Shown here in pieces: positions 11,562 through 25,400 of a stretch of DNA of 64,000 bases (its first letter is position 1; each line of letters begins with the position of its first letter). The DNA is taken from positions 3,596,480 through 3,660,479 of the forward strand of contig OZ316898.1 in the NCBI GenBank assembly GCA_973895155.1. Direction: 5' to 3'. A model generated the notes under the pieces. It saw only the letters and a program-made list of their open reading frames with translations, was not told the origin of the DNA and did no database searches. Source of the stretch: Marsupella aquatica. Lineage: Eukaryota; Plantae; Marchantiophyta. The position numbers and the translations under genes were made by a program.

Positions 11562-12601
11562 CTAAATCTGGTGTAGATGGTAAAGAGTGATGCAGAAGCT
11601 GTGACACCTGAACTGCCTGTATTGGCATTTCCTCTCCTCTTCTCCTTGTACAAGACCCTTTTGCATTCTTTGCTCGTTTCCTCGTATCAGCAGCACTAGT
11701 AGAATCAGTTTATGATGTGTTTGAGCCAGTCTTTCAACGTGGTTGCATAAGGACTCAGCCAAGGGTGTCCTACTTGACTCACAGAGAAACCATTCGATCA
11801 CCAAGTAAGCACTAGCGAGCTCGGAAACTGTCTCGAATGACACCCAAGAGTAGAGATGGATAGTCATCGCCAGAGCAAACAGGATCTTCCACAAGACCCA
11901 AAGGACGGTGGCCCACACAGCAAGCGGGAAGACGTCGTCCAACCAACCCAGTCGCCCACGGTTTCTATACTTTGCCACTAGCAGCAAAGCAGCAAAGAGC
12001 GTTAAACATGTCTGGGATGACAGCCCCAAGTAGGAATGGATAGCCGCCACCACAGCAACGAGGCCGCTCAAGTGGTTATAATAGAACAACATAAATATTG
12101 GTGAACCAAAATCTGTACCAACGACCAGCGGAATCGAAAGATCTACCATTTGGATGACTGAGACTAGCAGCAAAGAAGCTGTTGCAGAATTTGTCCCAAA
12201 TAACAGCCCCGACTTAACATCGACAGAAATCACCACAAACAATTCAACAGGCCGGCGCTCAACAGGTTCTGTTGGGTCCAACCAGGTCTCGGAGGGGCTT
12301 CAGTAGCCTTTTCCCATATTATAGCAAGCGAGAGACAGGAAAGAGCGCTCCTCAGCAAATAGACAAGGATAGTGGCACGCGTTCCGGCGGACGACTGAAG
12401 ATGGACAGTGCCAACCGCCGCGGCGACTGTCGTGACTGATTTCGTCATGCCTACAGAAGGCTCCCATATCTGCCAAACAGCATCCCATACCTGCCGCAAA
12501 AACTGAATCTCTTCCCAAAGCTCCCGCGAAGGCGTGATCACCAGCAGGCGGAACTGGCATATACCAAAAATCGCCGTCGAGATTATCATCCAAGCCTTCA
12601 T
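11562..12601 (-). other. Possible orphan multi-pass membrane protein gene or pseudogene (two overlapping out-of-frame ORFs)
   Basis: ORFs 12230-12601 and 11562-12281 are hydrophobic with several TM-like stretches; TATA-like TATATATAG at ~12753-12761 on the - strand; no recognised family. Confidence 0.3.
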
Positions 12602-14225
12602 CGTTAGAATGACTTAGGTCGTAACGATAACTCTTCTTCCCCGCCGTTTCTCTTGTTTGCTTCTGATCTACGGATCTGGAATAAGGAACTTTCGGTGAGA
12701 GGCCGATCTTGAATCACAAACCAGAACACTGATAGGCATCGCACCCGTGGTCCTATATATACATTGACTCATCACATTCAACTTGTCGTCAGACTTGGCC
12801 TTGGATGACCACTCGGATGAATTCTCTCTATGGGCTGATCGATTTGATCAGCAAGCGCACAGAGTTCACGAGCACACCAAGGTTCTCGGACAAAACATAG
12901 AGCTCATAGTAAACTATGTCTGGGACGGGACACGGAACTTCACAGGCACACATTATCTCCAAAGCAGGCAAAATTTTGCTTCGTTGCTATGCGCAGTCTC
13001 CGAATTGAATCGAAATACAAGAGTTCGTTTCAGAAAACCACTGGCGATGTTTCAAAGAAGGGATGATCAAATTGAATGAACTGGAGTGATCTGTATTAAC
13101 GGCAGTGCTGCAACGCACGTATTCATGACGACGGTACGTTGGAAATCGTTACTGTGATGAAATCGACCAACTGTCACGAAAATTGAAGAGTTTGAGAACC
13201 TAGAATCTATTTTAGTAAGCGCGAAGACAAACCTACACGAACGACCTTTCGAACTAGAGTGCAGCCTCAATATCGTGATATTGCAGCTGCAGGGCGAATG
13301 ACATTGGCAACGACAATGCGTCCGTGCATAGCACCCGCAGTGGATGAATAACTAGTCTTGATGGTGTCGAACAAATGCAGTGAAGAACTAGCCCAGAGGA
13401 GTATCAAAATAAATCGAACAACACTGTCAGCTAAAGTTCAGTTCAGCTTCGATCAATCAGTCCCCCAGCGCCAAATGGTGCGGACTACTCTCACAAAACG
13501 TTGGACTCGAAGGTGAGCAAACTTGTGTGCAACCGCTACATACTCCTTGAACCCAACCCTCAAAAACAGGAGGTCCCACACAACGAGATCACACCACAAG
13601 AGTTCCAACAGGACAGATTATCAAATACCTCGTTGCCCGTGGGGATTGTTTCGAGAATTCGACTCTCTTGCCTCTCAATTCGCCCACGATACAACCAACA
13701 GGTCGATTCAAAATTTTTGCTGCAAATCGCTTACTACAGGCTCCTTGAATTCTGCTTGGAGCGAATGTGAGCAGCACTGCGGGAGAAGCCGCCAGAGAGT
13801 CTACAACAATCCGAAGCTGTGACGAAGGAGGTGCTCCCATCAACGCGGAGTTCGGCACCCCCCGTCGGCTCTGCGAAGGCCAAGCTGGAGCAGATCCTTC
13901 TTTACTGACTGTTTCCTTCCACTCCTTTTGCTCTATCTTCTTTTGTGAGGATGGCTTTACAACAATGTTGAGGTACTTGCAACATTTTTCACCAAAGCAA
14001 ATTGGTGAGGGTGTCTTTACAAGCTTGTTGGGGCACTTTGACTTTCTTTCACCAACGCAAACTGGACTGCCATTTCAAATACTAAAGATAGTGTACCAGG
14101 GTGGAGCTTTTTGGAATCCTTTTATTTCCCCCCGTCTTGTAAAGCTAACTGTAGCAAGCGGTGCCAGAATTATGTACTAAGCTACAAGTTGGGGACCCAC
14201 TCCTCTGATAGTCAAATAGTTCTTT

Positions 14226-14668
14226 GGGTACAGCCCCAGTTTGGACTTGTCTGACAAATAAGGGGTCTGGATTCTACAAATGACATTTGTCACACCCGGT
14301 TGTCCCGGCCCGGCCGGCCCACACCCCACCCCGATCTGGCCCAACCCCAACCCAGCCCTGGCCTGGCCCGACCCGCCCACACCCCGCCCCAACCCTGGCA
14401 GGCCCCGACCTGTCCCGGCCCCACCCCGGCCTGGCCCATACCCCCTGACCCCGACCCTACCCCGACCTTACCCTACCCCGCCCGGCCCCAACCTCGAACC
14501 GGAGGGCCAGCTCGCTAAACCGGGGGAGTCTGGGACCGGGCCGGGAGGAGGTCGGGAAAGTTTGGGACCGGGCCGGGAGAGGGTCGGGAAAGTCTGGGGC
14601 CAGCCGGGGAATATAGGTGACAAATGACATGACAACTTGTCCATCAGTTCAAACCGGGGGTAGAGCCC
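14226..14668. mobile_element. GC-rich MITE-like element with GGG...CCC termini
   Basis: Left GGGTACAGCCCCAGTTTGGAC...ATGACATTTGTCAC and right GTGACAAATGACAT...GTTCAAACCGGGGGTAGAGCCC are imperfect inverted repeats; C-rich then G-rich interior; absent at the homologous sites near 16560 and 36720. TSD unclear. Confidence 0.65.
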
Positions 14669-17162
14669 TTCTAGCTATGATAGGAGAAAATCTTATGAAA
14701 GACTAGTGGGTTCACTTTTATTGAAATAGACTCAAAGGCTCAGTAATGGACCAAGCAACCAGTCAGATGAAAAGACCTCCAAGAGAGGTGGTCTAAAAAT
14801 TGGGACAAAAATGTGCTACACAAAAACAAGATATGGGCCCTACTCCAGTCCATATAGGATTGGCAACACTATAGAAATAAACTGGCCCCACATTTTGTAA
14901 GGGAACTGCAAGTGTATCTTCCTACTGGATAGCCCTCTTGCATCTTAATTAGAGACCAGAAACAAGCTGAAACTGCCCCGAACTTCTTATAAAGCCACCC
15001 TGAAGTTATGATGGACCAATCCCTGCACCTCCCATGTACTCCCCATAGTCAAGGTCACCAACCCATGGACTCCAAGTGGCTGCTCTTGGTACAACACTTC
15101 ACTTTTGAGAAGGTCCATGGAAAGACGTATAGACTCCCTAAACTCAAGTGATCAGTCACTTTACACGGAAACGAAAAAGCCGCAAGTCAGATGCTTTTGA
15201 AAGGACACTTCACTCTATGGCAAGACTTCCCCCAAGTAATTTCTCCATACAGCCCATCAACTATAAACTGCTGTTTTGGCACACCTCAGTTGTGCACTTA
15301 TGTGGATCTCTTTTCAAGCTCAAAGTTTTCCGACACGGTTTTTTGTTTGTTTGTTTGTTTTTTGGGGAACTTGGCAATTTATTAAAATGACCACTGAGTT
15401 GATGACCAGTGGGGCACAAAACAATACAAGCCAAGGGCCAGGACACACCACAACCGACGCCAAAACACCAACACCGCAACAGTCCTCAAAGCCAAAGTCT
15501 TCAGACAGGAGGGCCAAGAGGGGGCAAAAACCAAAACCGAAACCACATGAAGAAAGGCATAGCACAACTTCCCAATGGTAAGGGTGACCCCAACACTGGC
15601 AAGAACGAGGACATGGTTTATGTTGTCCAATCTATTATTACCTTTCAAAGTCCGAAAGCTGGGGGGGTTTCACTTCCACAAAAATGGCACATCACGTGCA
15701 ACAAAGGATAGGGTCATTTTATTAGTTCAAAGGGAAGACTTAAAAAAATTTGCAAAAGAACAATAGGGTCTTTTAAATCCAATTTTGAGACTTATAAGAA
15801 TAATAGGGTTCTTCTAACCAAATTTTTGGAATATTCTAAGAATATTCTAACTTTATTAGGGTTGAAAAAAATATTAAAATTTCTTATATTTGAGGGGGTC
15901 CGAGGCCTAAAAACGTCGCAGGTGATGGGGAGACCTCCATACAATGAGACCCCCAAGATCTAATGCTCAAGCAATTATTCAAAAATCGTGGCACCTGCTG
16001 GCAATTTACGTATGTAAGGATTGGCCCAGACATCAGTTCAAAATTAAAATTGGCAAATCCACGTATGAGAATGCTCTCAATGATATGACCTTCAACTATG
16101 GGTCTTGGGCTGCAATATGGGAAATCCATGAGGACATCTTACAGATACCACCTGTTCCCCCCTAGACCCCCATGAATGTTTTTACTTTACAGGAGTAGAA
16201 GTTGTACTGATAGTTTTGTCTGTCACGGACCCACTCTTGGGTGCCCCGCTGGCACTTGTCCACTGGCCGGTCTTTCAAGAATTTATGCTGCCCCTTCTGC
16301 GGTGGTTGAATTTCTTGTTTGGCTTGGTTTCTTGGGGCCTACTTCTCTCCTGGTCCCGGCTTCCCCGGTCCTTTAGGCTTTTGGACTGGACCTCTGGTTC
16401 CCCAGGGTGCCAACCCCCTCTTGTGGGCCACCCATGTTGTATGCTGGCTTTTTGAATGGAATTCAATTGGTTTTTTTTAGGCAAAAAACAAGTGGTGCTT
16501 GAATGATCTGCTATGAGACAAGCTGAAGACCCACTCCACCCCAAAGTGATATAGTTCTTTGGCTAGAGTACTTCCGGATCTCATAGAAAGAGAAGATCTG
16601 TTGAAGGACTCTTGGGTACACTTTTCATGTGAATGACTCAAAATAGGAATGGACCAGATGAAGAGACCTCGAAGAGAGGTGGACTAAATATTGGGACAAA
16701 CCTTGCTCCCCAACAGCAAAATTTGGGCCTTTCTCCAATCCATGCACAAACGTTACTAGAAAGAAACTGGCCCAAATGTTCGTAAAGTGAACTGCAACTA
16801 TATTCTCCAATGGATAACCCTATCACATCTTAGAGACCAGAAAAAATTTTAAACTGCCCCCTATAAAGCCACCCTGAAGTCTGATGGGCCAATCCCTGCC
16901 CATCCCATTTACTCCCTAATTAAAGTCAAGTCACCAACCCATGGACTCCAAATGGTTGGCTGCTTTTGGAACTACATTCACTTTTGAGAAGACACATGGA
17001 AAGACATATGGACTCCCTAAAGTCAAGTCATCAGTCACTTTACACGGGAAAGAAAAAGTGACAAGAGCCTTTTGGAAGGACACTTCACTTTATTGAACTA
17101 TGCCCCCAAGTAGTTTGTCCAGACGGCCAATCAACAATGAACTGCTAGTTTTAGGAAAACAT

Positions 17163-17472
17163 TGTTTGTCTTGAAACCAAAACCTAACCCATCCAACAGA
17201 GGATAGACAATCAACTTAGGAACATGCGCCTCTGTAGGGCAACCACAAGGGGGTCACACCCAGGGATCGGACAGGGACCTAGACCAAGAGGGAGAGAGGT
17301 TTGAACCAGAAGCACAAGCCATACCAGCCAGGGGCTGAGAAAAAACCAAGATTCTCACCACGACACCCACACACACACACACATAATATATGATCTTCAC
17401 AAACCTGGGCAGACTTGGGACCTCTCAGTTCTAGGCTAATCCACTGGCCAACTGACCATAGCCAATTGGTTG
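17163..17472 (-). mobile_element. tRNA-derived SINE, copy 2
   Basis: Minus-strand head ACCAATTGGCTATGGTCAGTTGGCCAGTGG...GAACTGAGAGGTCCCAAG, (GT)n tract, degenerate ~15-bp TSD; absent from the 15260-15310 copy of the flank. Confidence 0.7.
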
Positions 17473-17711
17473 GTTTCTGGTAGACTTAAATCATGCATTA
17501 TTTTCTTTGGATCTTTTTTCAAGCTCAAATGTTTTCAGCATGTTTTATGTTGTCCATTCTGTTACCTTACAAAGTTTGAAAGTTTTCTAAGATCATTTGC
17601 TTCATTTCCAATGTGAAAATGGTCAAATATATTAAGCCAACTACCTGTCCAATGGAAAATTCTCTTTCATGAAAGACACCCTGCATAGTTTGGGCATGAG
17701 CAATGAATAAC

Positions 17712-18210
17712 ATTTTTTCGTTTTCTTTTTTTTTGAAATGGGAACTACACCCTAAAAACTTTATTCCGAGAAGACAAAGCAAATACATAGAGGACTGCCT
17801 GAGAGAAGGAGGCAACCAGAAAAAGGAAACAATTTAGGGGGCTAATGGAAGGAGCACACCCAGAGAAAAAGAAATATATGGATCCCACCCAACCAGATTG
17901 CTAAAAGGATATGTGACAGAAAAGGTGGGAAGTGGGGAACCCAAGAGAAGGGACAAACATCAAACAAACCTACTAGACTACAGAACCAGGATGCAACCAG
18001 GAGCAGCAAACAATGCATGGACCATCTTGGTATCTGACTGGGGATCCGTCGATCACCATCCACCCGGGCATCCACCTCTGACCAAAGAGCCACGGACCAC
18101 TAGCCACCTGCTTCCCCCAAAATCCTTTATTTAATGCCGAAAAGATCCGCCAATTCTTTCCAGGATACCATAACCAGGATACTGTTGATCAACAGCAAAT
18201 AAGTAACTCC
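17712..18210 (-). mobile_element. 5'-truncated LINE-like 3' fragment
   Basis: Absent at the paralogous site near 37873 (CAATGAATAAC|CTTTTGGGAAGG); minus-strand A-rich tail at 17713-17734; Trp-rich degenerate translation. No clear TSD. Confidence 0.5.
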
Positions 18211-18233
18211 CTTTTGGGAAGGAAGCTTCACTT

Positions 18234-21200
18234 CATGAATGTTAAACTCCAACTTCACCCTGCGATTAATGGTCGCTTAACGTCCTTCTGCACTTAATTT
18301 GCCTTCCGATTAGTTGATTAACCGCCCAACTAAAGGGTGGGCTGACACTTCTGTCTCACTTTCCTGATCTATAATTTCAGCCAAGCGCTCCTCAATGTCT
18401 ACGTCTTCCTTCCACTTCTTTGGCACAGTAGCTTCGGTTAGAACCAGTCCCTCTCGATAAACAATTTCTAGAAATCCACACCACTCTCGATATGTAAAGA
18501 TGCAAATTGGAATACTCTCTTCTCTTAATCGCCGAGTAATCAAATGCAATCCAATAGTGCAAATCCACATGCAGTTCTATAGGCCTGAGCCTAATTAGTG
18601 AGCAAGACTTATTGTTCTAACTTGCTGTTCGCATTCATTTTTCCCAGAATTGTGATCCAGATGGCTAGATCCAATTGTCTCATGGATCCACCCTAAGGTA
18701 ATTAATCAATTCTATAAGTGATGGAGTAGTTCGAGAATACTTTACTTACTTTAAGAAATCTTTCTTTATTTTCAGTAATTTCGTGTACAACGATGGGCTC
18801 ACCGCCCTTATTGGGAAAATGGAGCACCTCACCCCCCGGTTTCAAGGTAACATTGTGCTTTCTGAGATAACCTACCGACAAAATGAAGTCTACGGCTAGA
18901 CCGTCTAGAAAGTAGAACATCTCCTGACTAACAAAATTTTGTTGTTCGCCTATGACCTCTACCCGAAGTCTATGCACTACTCTTGACACTATCCCCTTTG
19001 TGTCATTGGCAAACTTGCACACTAACGGTTGTAACAACTCTTGCACGTCCACCCCAAGACGAGCTGTCGCCTGCCCACTTATGAAGCAGGCGGTCGCGCC
19101 TGTATCCACCAAGGCAACACCCAGATTACCGTTAGGAGTGATATTCACAAAAATCAATTTTTCAGGATCCATTGTCTTAACTTTAGGTATCTTCTCTCGC
19201 AACAACACCCTCTCACCGTCAGGGACATCCCCTACAGGGACTAAGGGTTCGGTTCGAGCAATACTTACCTTAATGCTCTTTTGCCCTCCACCATCTCCGT
19301 TCGGCTTGCCACCTTTTGTGGAACAATCCTTACTTTGATGGCCCATGGCGCCACATGTGAAGCACGAACCTTCAGCTTGCCTCTGCTCCATGGTCGCCTG
19401 CTTCTTTGCTTTCTGTGCCGATGAGGCTCCTTTCTTAAAGTTGCCGGCCTTCCGGTTTCGCTTGGCTTCTCCATTCTGGGGCTGGGGATCCGAACCACCA
19501 GCCCCCGCCCCCTTAGGTTGCTTTCCCAGCTTCCCCCTCAGATCCCTTGCCACCCACCTTCGCTAAGTCCGGTCGGTTATTCACCAACGTAGTGGCCTTG
19601 TCGAAGGTGTCGGAAAGCGTTTTGAACTCATGACACTTTTCCTGCAACTTTTCCCATTAGCAACGGCGGGAGCTTCACCATAAAGTTGTGAAGCTATGTG
19701 TGTAGGGTCTCTTGTCCCGCCGGGATACATGCCAACTGATTCTGGTAATAAGTGATGAACTTTTGGATATCACCCCTGAAACTCATCTCCGTTACGCATT
19801 TCTGAGCATGTCACTCCGGGTACTTAGTGGTGACATGAGCACGGACACCCTCAACCAGGTTTTCCCAGGTTAACGGTAAGGAGGAGTCCTCTCGCGACTT
19901 CTTCCATGACTTGTACCAAGTCAAGGCATAGTCCTTCAGGTAAGGAGCGGCTGCGGTAGCCCAAGTAGAACGCTCAACGCACGCTTGGAGATGAATCTCC
20001 ATTGTGGAGAGCCAACTTAGGAACTTTTGTCCACTTTGCTCGTAGGCTCCGTCGTAAGTTGGAGGAGTCGGTAGCTGGTTCACTTGGAACATACTCTGTC
20101 CAACTACCATTCCCCCCTCGGGACGCGATGCACTCTCACTACCCAGACTAAGTAAGTACTTAATCTGGGCCCCCTTGTTGTGTTCCAACTGCTCATAGAT
20201 GAGTCGTTGGTCTTGAGTCAACGGACCCAGACCGTCGTCAATGGCTGGGCCCTTGCGGGTTGTATGAGGACAGTCCTCCAACCGTCTTTCCTTTGCGGGC
20301 CGCCTGTCCTTAGGTTCTCTTGTGGATTTTGGTGAAACACCCCGCGTTTTGCGAGTACCATGACCTCCCGGGACTGATGTATCACCCGCATCATCCTGGT
20401 TCTACTTGGTCAAATTATCCATGATGATGTCCGGCTCGGCATCATCCTCTGGTTCTGCGTTCAACCCTCTCAAGGCTGGGATCAGTTCCTCTTCCGGGTC
20501 CTGACCCTCTTCCTCTGTCTCAGCTTCAGCGTTGTCGTCGCTTGCAGTTGCATCGGAGTCATCGTCATTCGACCCATCCTCTAAAGGATCAGCTGCCTCC
20601 TTCCCTTTAAGTTGACGACGCTCTACACTTGCCTTGTTTGCCGCAGTGGTCAACGGTTTGGCCGTTGCATCTTCTTCATCTTGCTTGTAACGTTCATCTA
20701 GGGAAGTCGACCTGTCCTCCTTCTATTCATCTTGAACTTGGGCTCTCCCCTTGGTGGGAGGAGCCTGCTTGCCACTCTTTGCACGAGTGTTTTTAGCCAT
20801 GTTCCTAGCGACTAAATCTGCCCGTAGTCGACCCGCCGGGCACGTTGAAGCACTAAGTCCCCGCAAAAATCCGTCAAGATTTTTGGATTCCGACTTAGCA
20901 CAACTCCGGCCCGGTGTCTATGCCAGCAATCACTCTGATACCACAAGTGGTGGACCTAGCCATCTAGCGCCCTCACCAATCCCAACACTCACGCCTAAGT
21001 GCCCCTGGTGCCCCTGGTGCCCGAACGCCTCCACGGAATACCTTGAGCAAGCACCCTAGTGCCCCTTGCACCTCCAGCGGCCCCTCCCATACAAAGCCGC
21101 ACTTGCTCTCCTACACGACCGCTACTCAACGGTCCTCACTGTTTGCACAAGCCACCACGTACCTCGGTAAGTAACCCTTTAGGATCTAGAACTCGCCAAG

Positions 21201-22413
21201 TCTAGCATCCTAACTCAAGCTCAATAGACGTTGGTAAATAGGTCAGCGATAGGTCCTCCCGATGCCATAAGTCGGAACCAGAACCCACGCCCACTGTCCG
21301 TCCAGGACAGCTCCTTCCTTGGGTGTGGCCCGGGTTCCCCCTCGTACCTATCCATCACCAACTGACCGCCTTGACCTCAGGACATGCTCATGGCCCAAAT
21401 AGCGTAGCTTATCCTAAAGCTTGTCTCAACATGCCGGGACCAGAACGGCCCCAACTCTAATACCGACTCCCGGTTTGCCCCATTGATGGTCTAGGGACCA
21501 AGCGCCCTTGGGACTCAGCCTCCATACCTAATTGGCCTTGCCTCCCCAATGCAAGCTCCCATGGGAGGCTGAACGCGGCTTGGCTGCTGTTCAGCAAGAT
21601 TTGGTAAACGGACGAGCTAACACCCGCAAACCACGAGAACCCATGGCACCCCCAGACCCAGCTGAGCTCAGGAGGGCGTAGCCCTCCTCAAGAGCTTTCC
21701 AACGCACCTAAGAAGTCCTCTAACGGACTTCCCGTTGGGAAGATATCGCCGTTTCCGTTTGGCGGTTTCCCTTAGCGTCGCGACCACCGCGGCTCACGAC
21801 TTCGGCTCGCCCTTAGCCCTCAGAGAGACACCACTCCCCTCATATATGCTTCTGGAGACCTGCCACCCCCAGACCAGCTTTGGTCCCTAAACATTGGGCC
21901 CCCAACCCGGATCCTATCGCGCATAATGGGCGCGCCACCAACTAGCAACGCCCATAACTTTCTTGATAGCCATCCGCAAGCGGAGTGCCTTAGCCCGTTG
22001 TGACCGGGCCGACCCAGTGCTCATGCCTAGGGCCTCAGGTCTGATCGCCGCTCGGGCCACAACTTGCGCCCCAAGCGTCCGTTGCCAATGGCGTCAACTC
22101 CATTGGCCTTGGGCCCAAGAGGAGCTCACTTCCAAGCCCTCAGAACTCAAAGCCCATCCGACGATCCGGATGGCCATCCATGAGCCCGGCCCATTTCCCC
22201 TTGACCCGACCAGCCATAGGCTAGTCCAAGTACTTAGTTTGTGTCCCCAACTTGGCCCCTTGCCTCACCAGTGCCACATCTCATTGCCCACAAGTCTCCC
22301 CATGCTAAGTCCTCCCCGGATGGCCTATCCAGGCCTGGACCATAAGGGAGCTCGGCGTCGGAGTCAGCAACGCCGGAGCTAAGTGTTAAGGTAGTCGAGT
22401 TCCACGACTATCT
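18234..22413 (-). mobile_element. Truncated Ty3/Gypsy LTR retrotransposon (5' LTR, PBS, gag, protease)
   Basis: Putative ~1.46-kb LTR 20948-22413; PBS TGGTATCAGAGT at 20932-20943; gag-like PTYDG...YLKDYALTWY; Zn knuckle CFTCGAMGHQSKDC; protease LVDTGAT. Stops and frameshifts; no RT, IN or 3' LTR. Confidence 0.85.
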
Positions 22414-25400
22414 CCTTCGGTCCAGATCTTGTCCATAGTCAGAATCTACATAGCCAATCAATGATCTCGCATTCTTTGCATTTGCATGATCCACGGTACC
22501 CTTCAAGTACCTGATAATCCACTTCACTGATTCCCAGTGTACCTTCCCTGGATCGACATGTACCTGCTGACCTTGCCCATAGCCATGGCAAGATCAGGTC
22601 TAGTGCAAGTCATCAAATACATGAGACTTCTCACTGCCTTATCATAAGGAACCTTTGACATCAGCCCCTTCTCTGTCGCATCTGTGGGACAAAGAGCTGA
22701 TGACAATTTGAAGTGTGCAACCAAAGGGGTACTTACTGGCTTACTATCCCCCATGTTGAACCTAGCAATTACCTTCCTCGCATAACTGCTCGTGTCAACC
22801 ATAGCTTACCAGCCTCCAAGTCCCTAGTGATCTCCATACCCAAAATCCTCTTAGCTGGCCCTAGGTCCTTCATCTTAAACTCTGCACTTAGCAGTGCCTT
22901 AAGCTTAACAATCTCAGACATATCCTTGGCCGCAATAAGCATGTCATCCACATAAAGTACTAAAACAATGAACCCAAAGACAACATTCTTCACCGGTTTC
23001 AAATATACACAAGGGTCAAACACACTCCTATGAAAATCTTGTGACCGAATCCAATCGTCAAACCGCTTGTTCCACTATCTTGGTGACTGCTTCAACCCAT
23101 ACAAGGATTTTAGCAATCTGCAAAGTAACCAATTCCTCTTGTCCTCTCTTCACAAAACCTAGCGGCTGTCTCATGAAGATCACCTCTTCCAAGGTGCCAT
23201 AGAGGAAAGCTGTGACAACATCCATCTGATCTAGCAGCAGACCAAACATTACAACAAGTACACACAATAACCGTATTGTAGAGTACTTAGCAACTGGTGA
23301 GAAGACCTCATTGTAATCCACACCTTTCTCTTGTGTGAATCCCTTTGCTACCAACCTAGCCTTGTAGATCTTTGATCCACCTCCCGTAGACTTATCCTTC
23401 AGCTTGTATATCCACTTGCTGTCCACCACTTGCTGACCCTTAGGCAGCTTAACAAGCTCCCAAGTTTTGTTGTCCTTCAATGACTACATCTCCGTTTGCA
23501 TTGCTGTAGTCCACTTCTGCTTTTCCTTTGAAGCACTTGCCTCATGAAATGAAGAAGGTTCCCCTTCTTCCAAAATTAACGCATCATCCTCATCATCAAC
23601 TGCAAAATCATCCTCTTGCAGTTGAGATGAATCAACCCACTGTCCATACCTAGGAGGAGTGCGTACAGTGCGACCAGATGTTCTTCTAGCCGATGACTCC
23701 GGTTGAATTGCGTCTACTGGTATGATTTGAAGCTCAACAGCATCCACTTGCTGCTCACCAGCATCAATAAACTCCTCTTGTTCCTCTGGCACAGGAACCA
23801 GCTCCATGCTTGGAGCACCTCCTTCTCTCCGATCATGCACTTCATGATCAATCTCCCCCTCAACGAGATCCGGGATAAGAGATTTTCCTTTGTCAGTACG
23901 GGAGACCTGAGTATTCTCCCCCTCCTTCAATAATTTGGATTCATTGAAGGAAACATCCCTACTGACAACGAGCTTGTAACAGGCAATAGGATCCCATAGC
24001 CTGTAGGCCTTCACACCACTCTGATACCCTTGGACGTAGGATCCAACTTGGTCCTATTCTGCTTTGGTGTGAGAGCATATGCATCACTTCCAAAAACTAC
24101 CAAGCCATGATAGTCTGCTTGCCGCTTATAACGCATTTCAAACGGCGTTTTGAAATTGATTACACTAGAAGGAGAAAGATTTACCAAATAAGCTGCAGTA
24201 TTGACAGCTTTTGCCCAAAATTCCTGTGGTAAACCTGATTGGCTCAACATACTCTGTGACTGCTCCAATAGTGTTCGATTGAGCCTCTCAGCTACACCAT
24301 TCTGTTGCGGAGTATAAACTATGGTGAGATGGCGAGTTATCCCCTGTTCTACACAGTACTCTTCAAATTCTATTGAAGTGTACTCCCCGCCGTTGTCTGA
24401 CCTTAGACTCTTCACCCTTATATCCAAACACTTAACAGTGTTTCCTGTCTGATTCTCCACTTGGGCCTTCCACTTTGTAAAAATGGACAAGACATCAGAC
24501 TTATGCGTCATGAAATAAATCCATAACAAATCTTGAGTAATCGTCAATGAAGGATACATAGTATAATTTTCCAGAATGTGAGGGAGTTGAGGATGGTCCC
24601 CACACGTCACTATGTATGTACTCAAGAACCGCTTTAGAACAATGAGTTCCAACACTGAAAGCACGACGATGCTGCTTTCCAAAAATGCAATGCTCACAGA
24701 AATCCAATTTACAAGACTGCAAATCATAAATGAGCCCATTCTTCCGCAAGATAGCCAAACCCTTATCACTCATGTGGCTTAGCCGTGAATGCCACAGTTG
24801 AGTCATTTCCTCGTGAGACTTGGTTACATTGGCTTCTCCACATACTGTATTGCCTTGCAACACATACAGATTCTTGTGTCTGTTTCCCTTCAAAATCACT
24901 GTCTCTCTCGACATGACTTGAAGTTCACCATCAATTACTCGCCATTGATGACCATTTGTATCCAACACACCGAGTGAAATCAAATTCTTACGCATGCCAA
25001 GTACAAACCTGACTCCGGACACTGTGCACACAATGCCATCAAACATTTGAATCTTTACAGACCCAATACCCTCAACTCGATAGGAGTGATCATTTCCCAT
25101 CAAAACTGAACCGTTTGACACAGAATAAGAATTGAAATACTTGCGAATGTAACAAATGTGAAAGGAGCAAGCACAATCAAGAATCCACACATCATTTACT
25201 CTCCTAGATGATGTGCACAGGGCATACTCCTGACTTCATAAAATATACTCATCATTGAGTAAATCAACTTCTCCATCAGCACTAGCCACATTGGCTGATG
25301 AAGATTCAACTGCCTTACCATTACAATCCCTCTTAACGTGACCAACCTTGTGATACTTCCAGCAGACTACTGGCTTTCTCTCTTGGGACTTCCCCCTTGA

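Larger units (their letters stand above)
13611..17711 (+). repeat. Segmental duplication block, paralogous to 36170-37873
   Basis: 13611-14140 matches 36170-36645 and 16487-17711 matches 36648-37873; 14720-15330 is an additional, more diverged copy of part of the block. Confidence 0.85.

Noticed and set aside
14280-14627. Proline-rich 115-aa ORF
   Set aside because: Translation of the C/G-rich interior of a TIR element.
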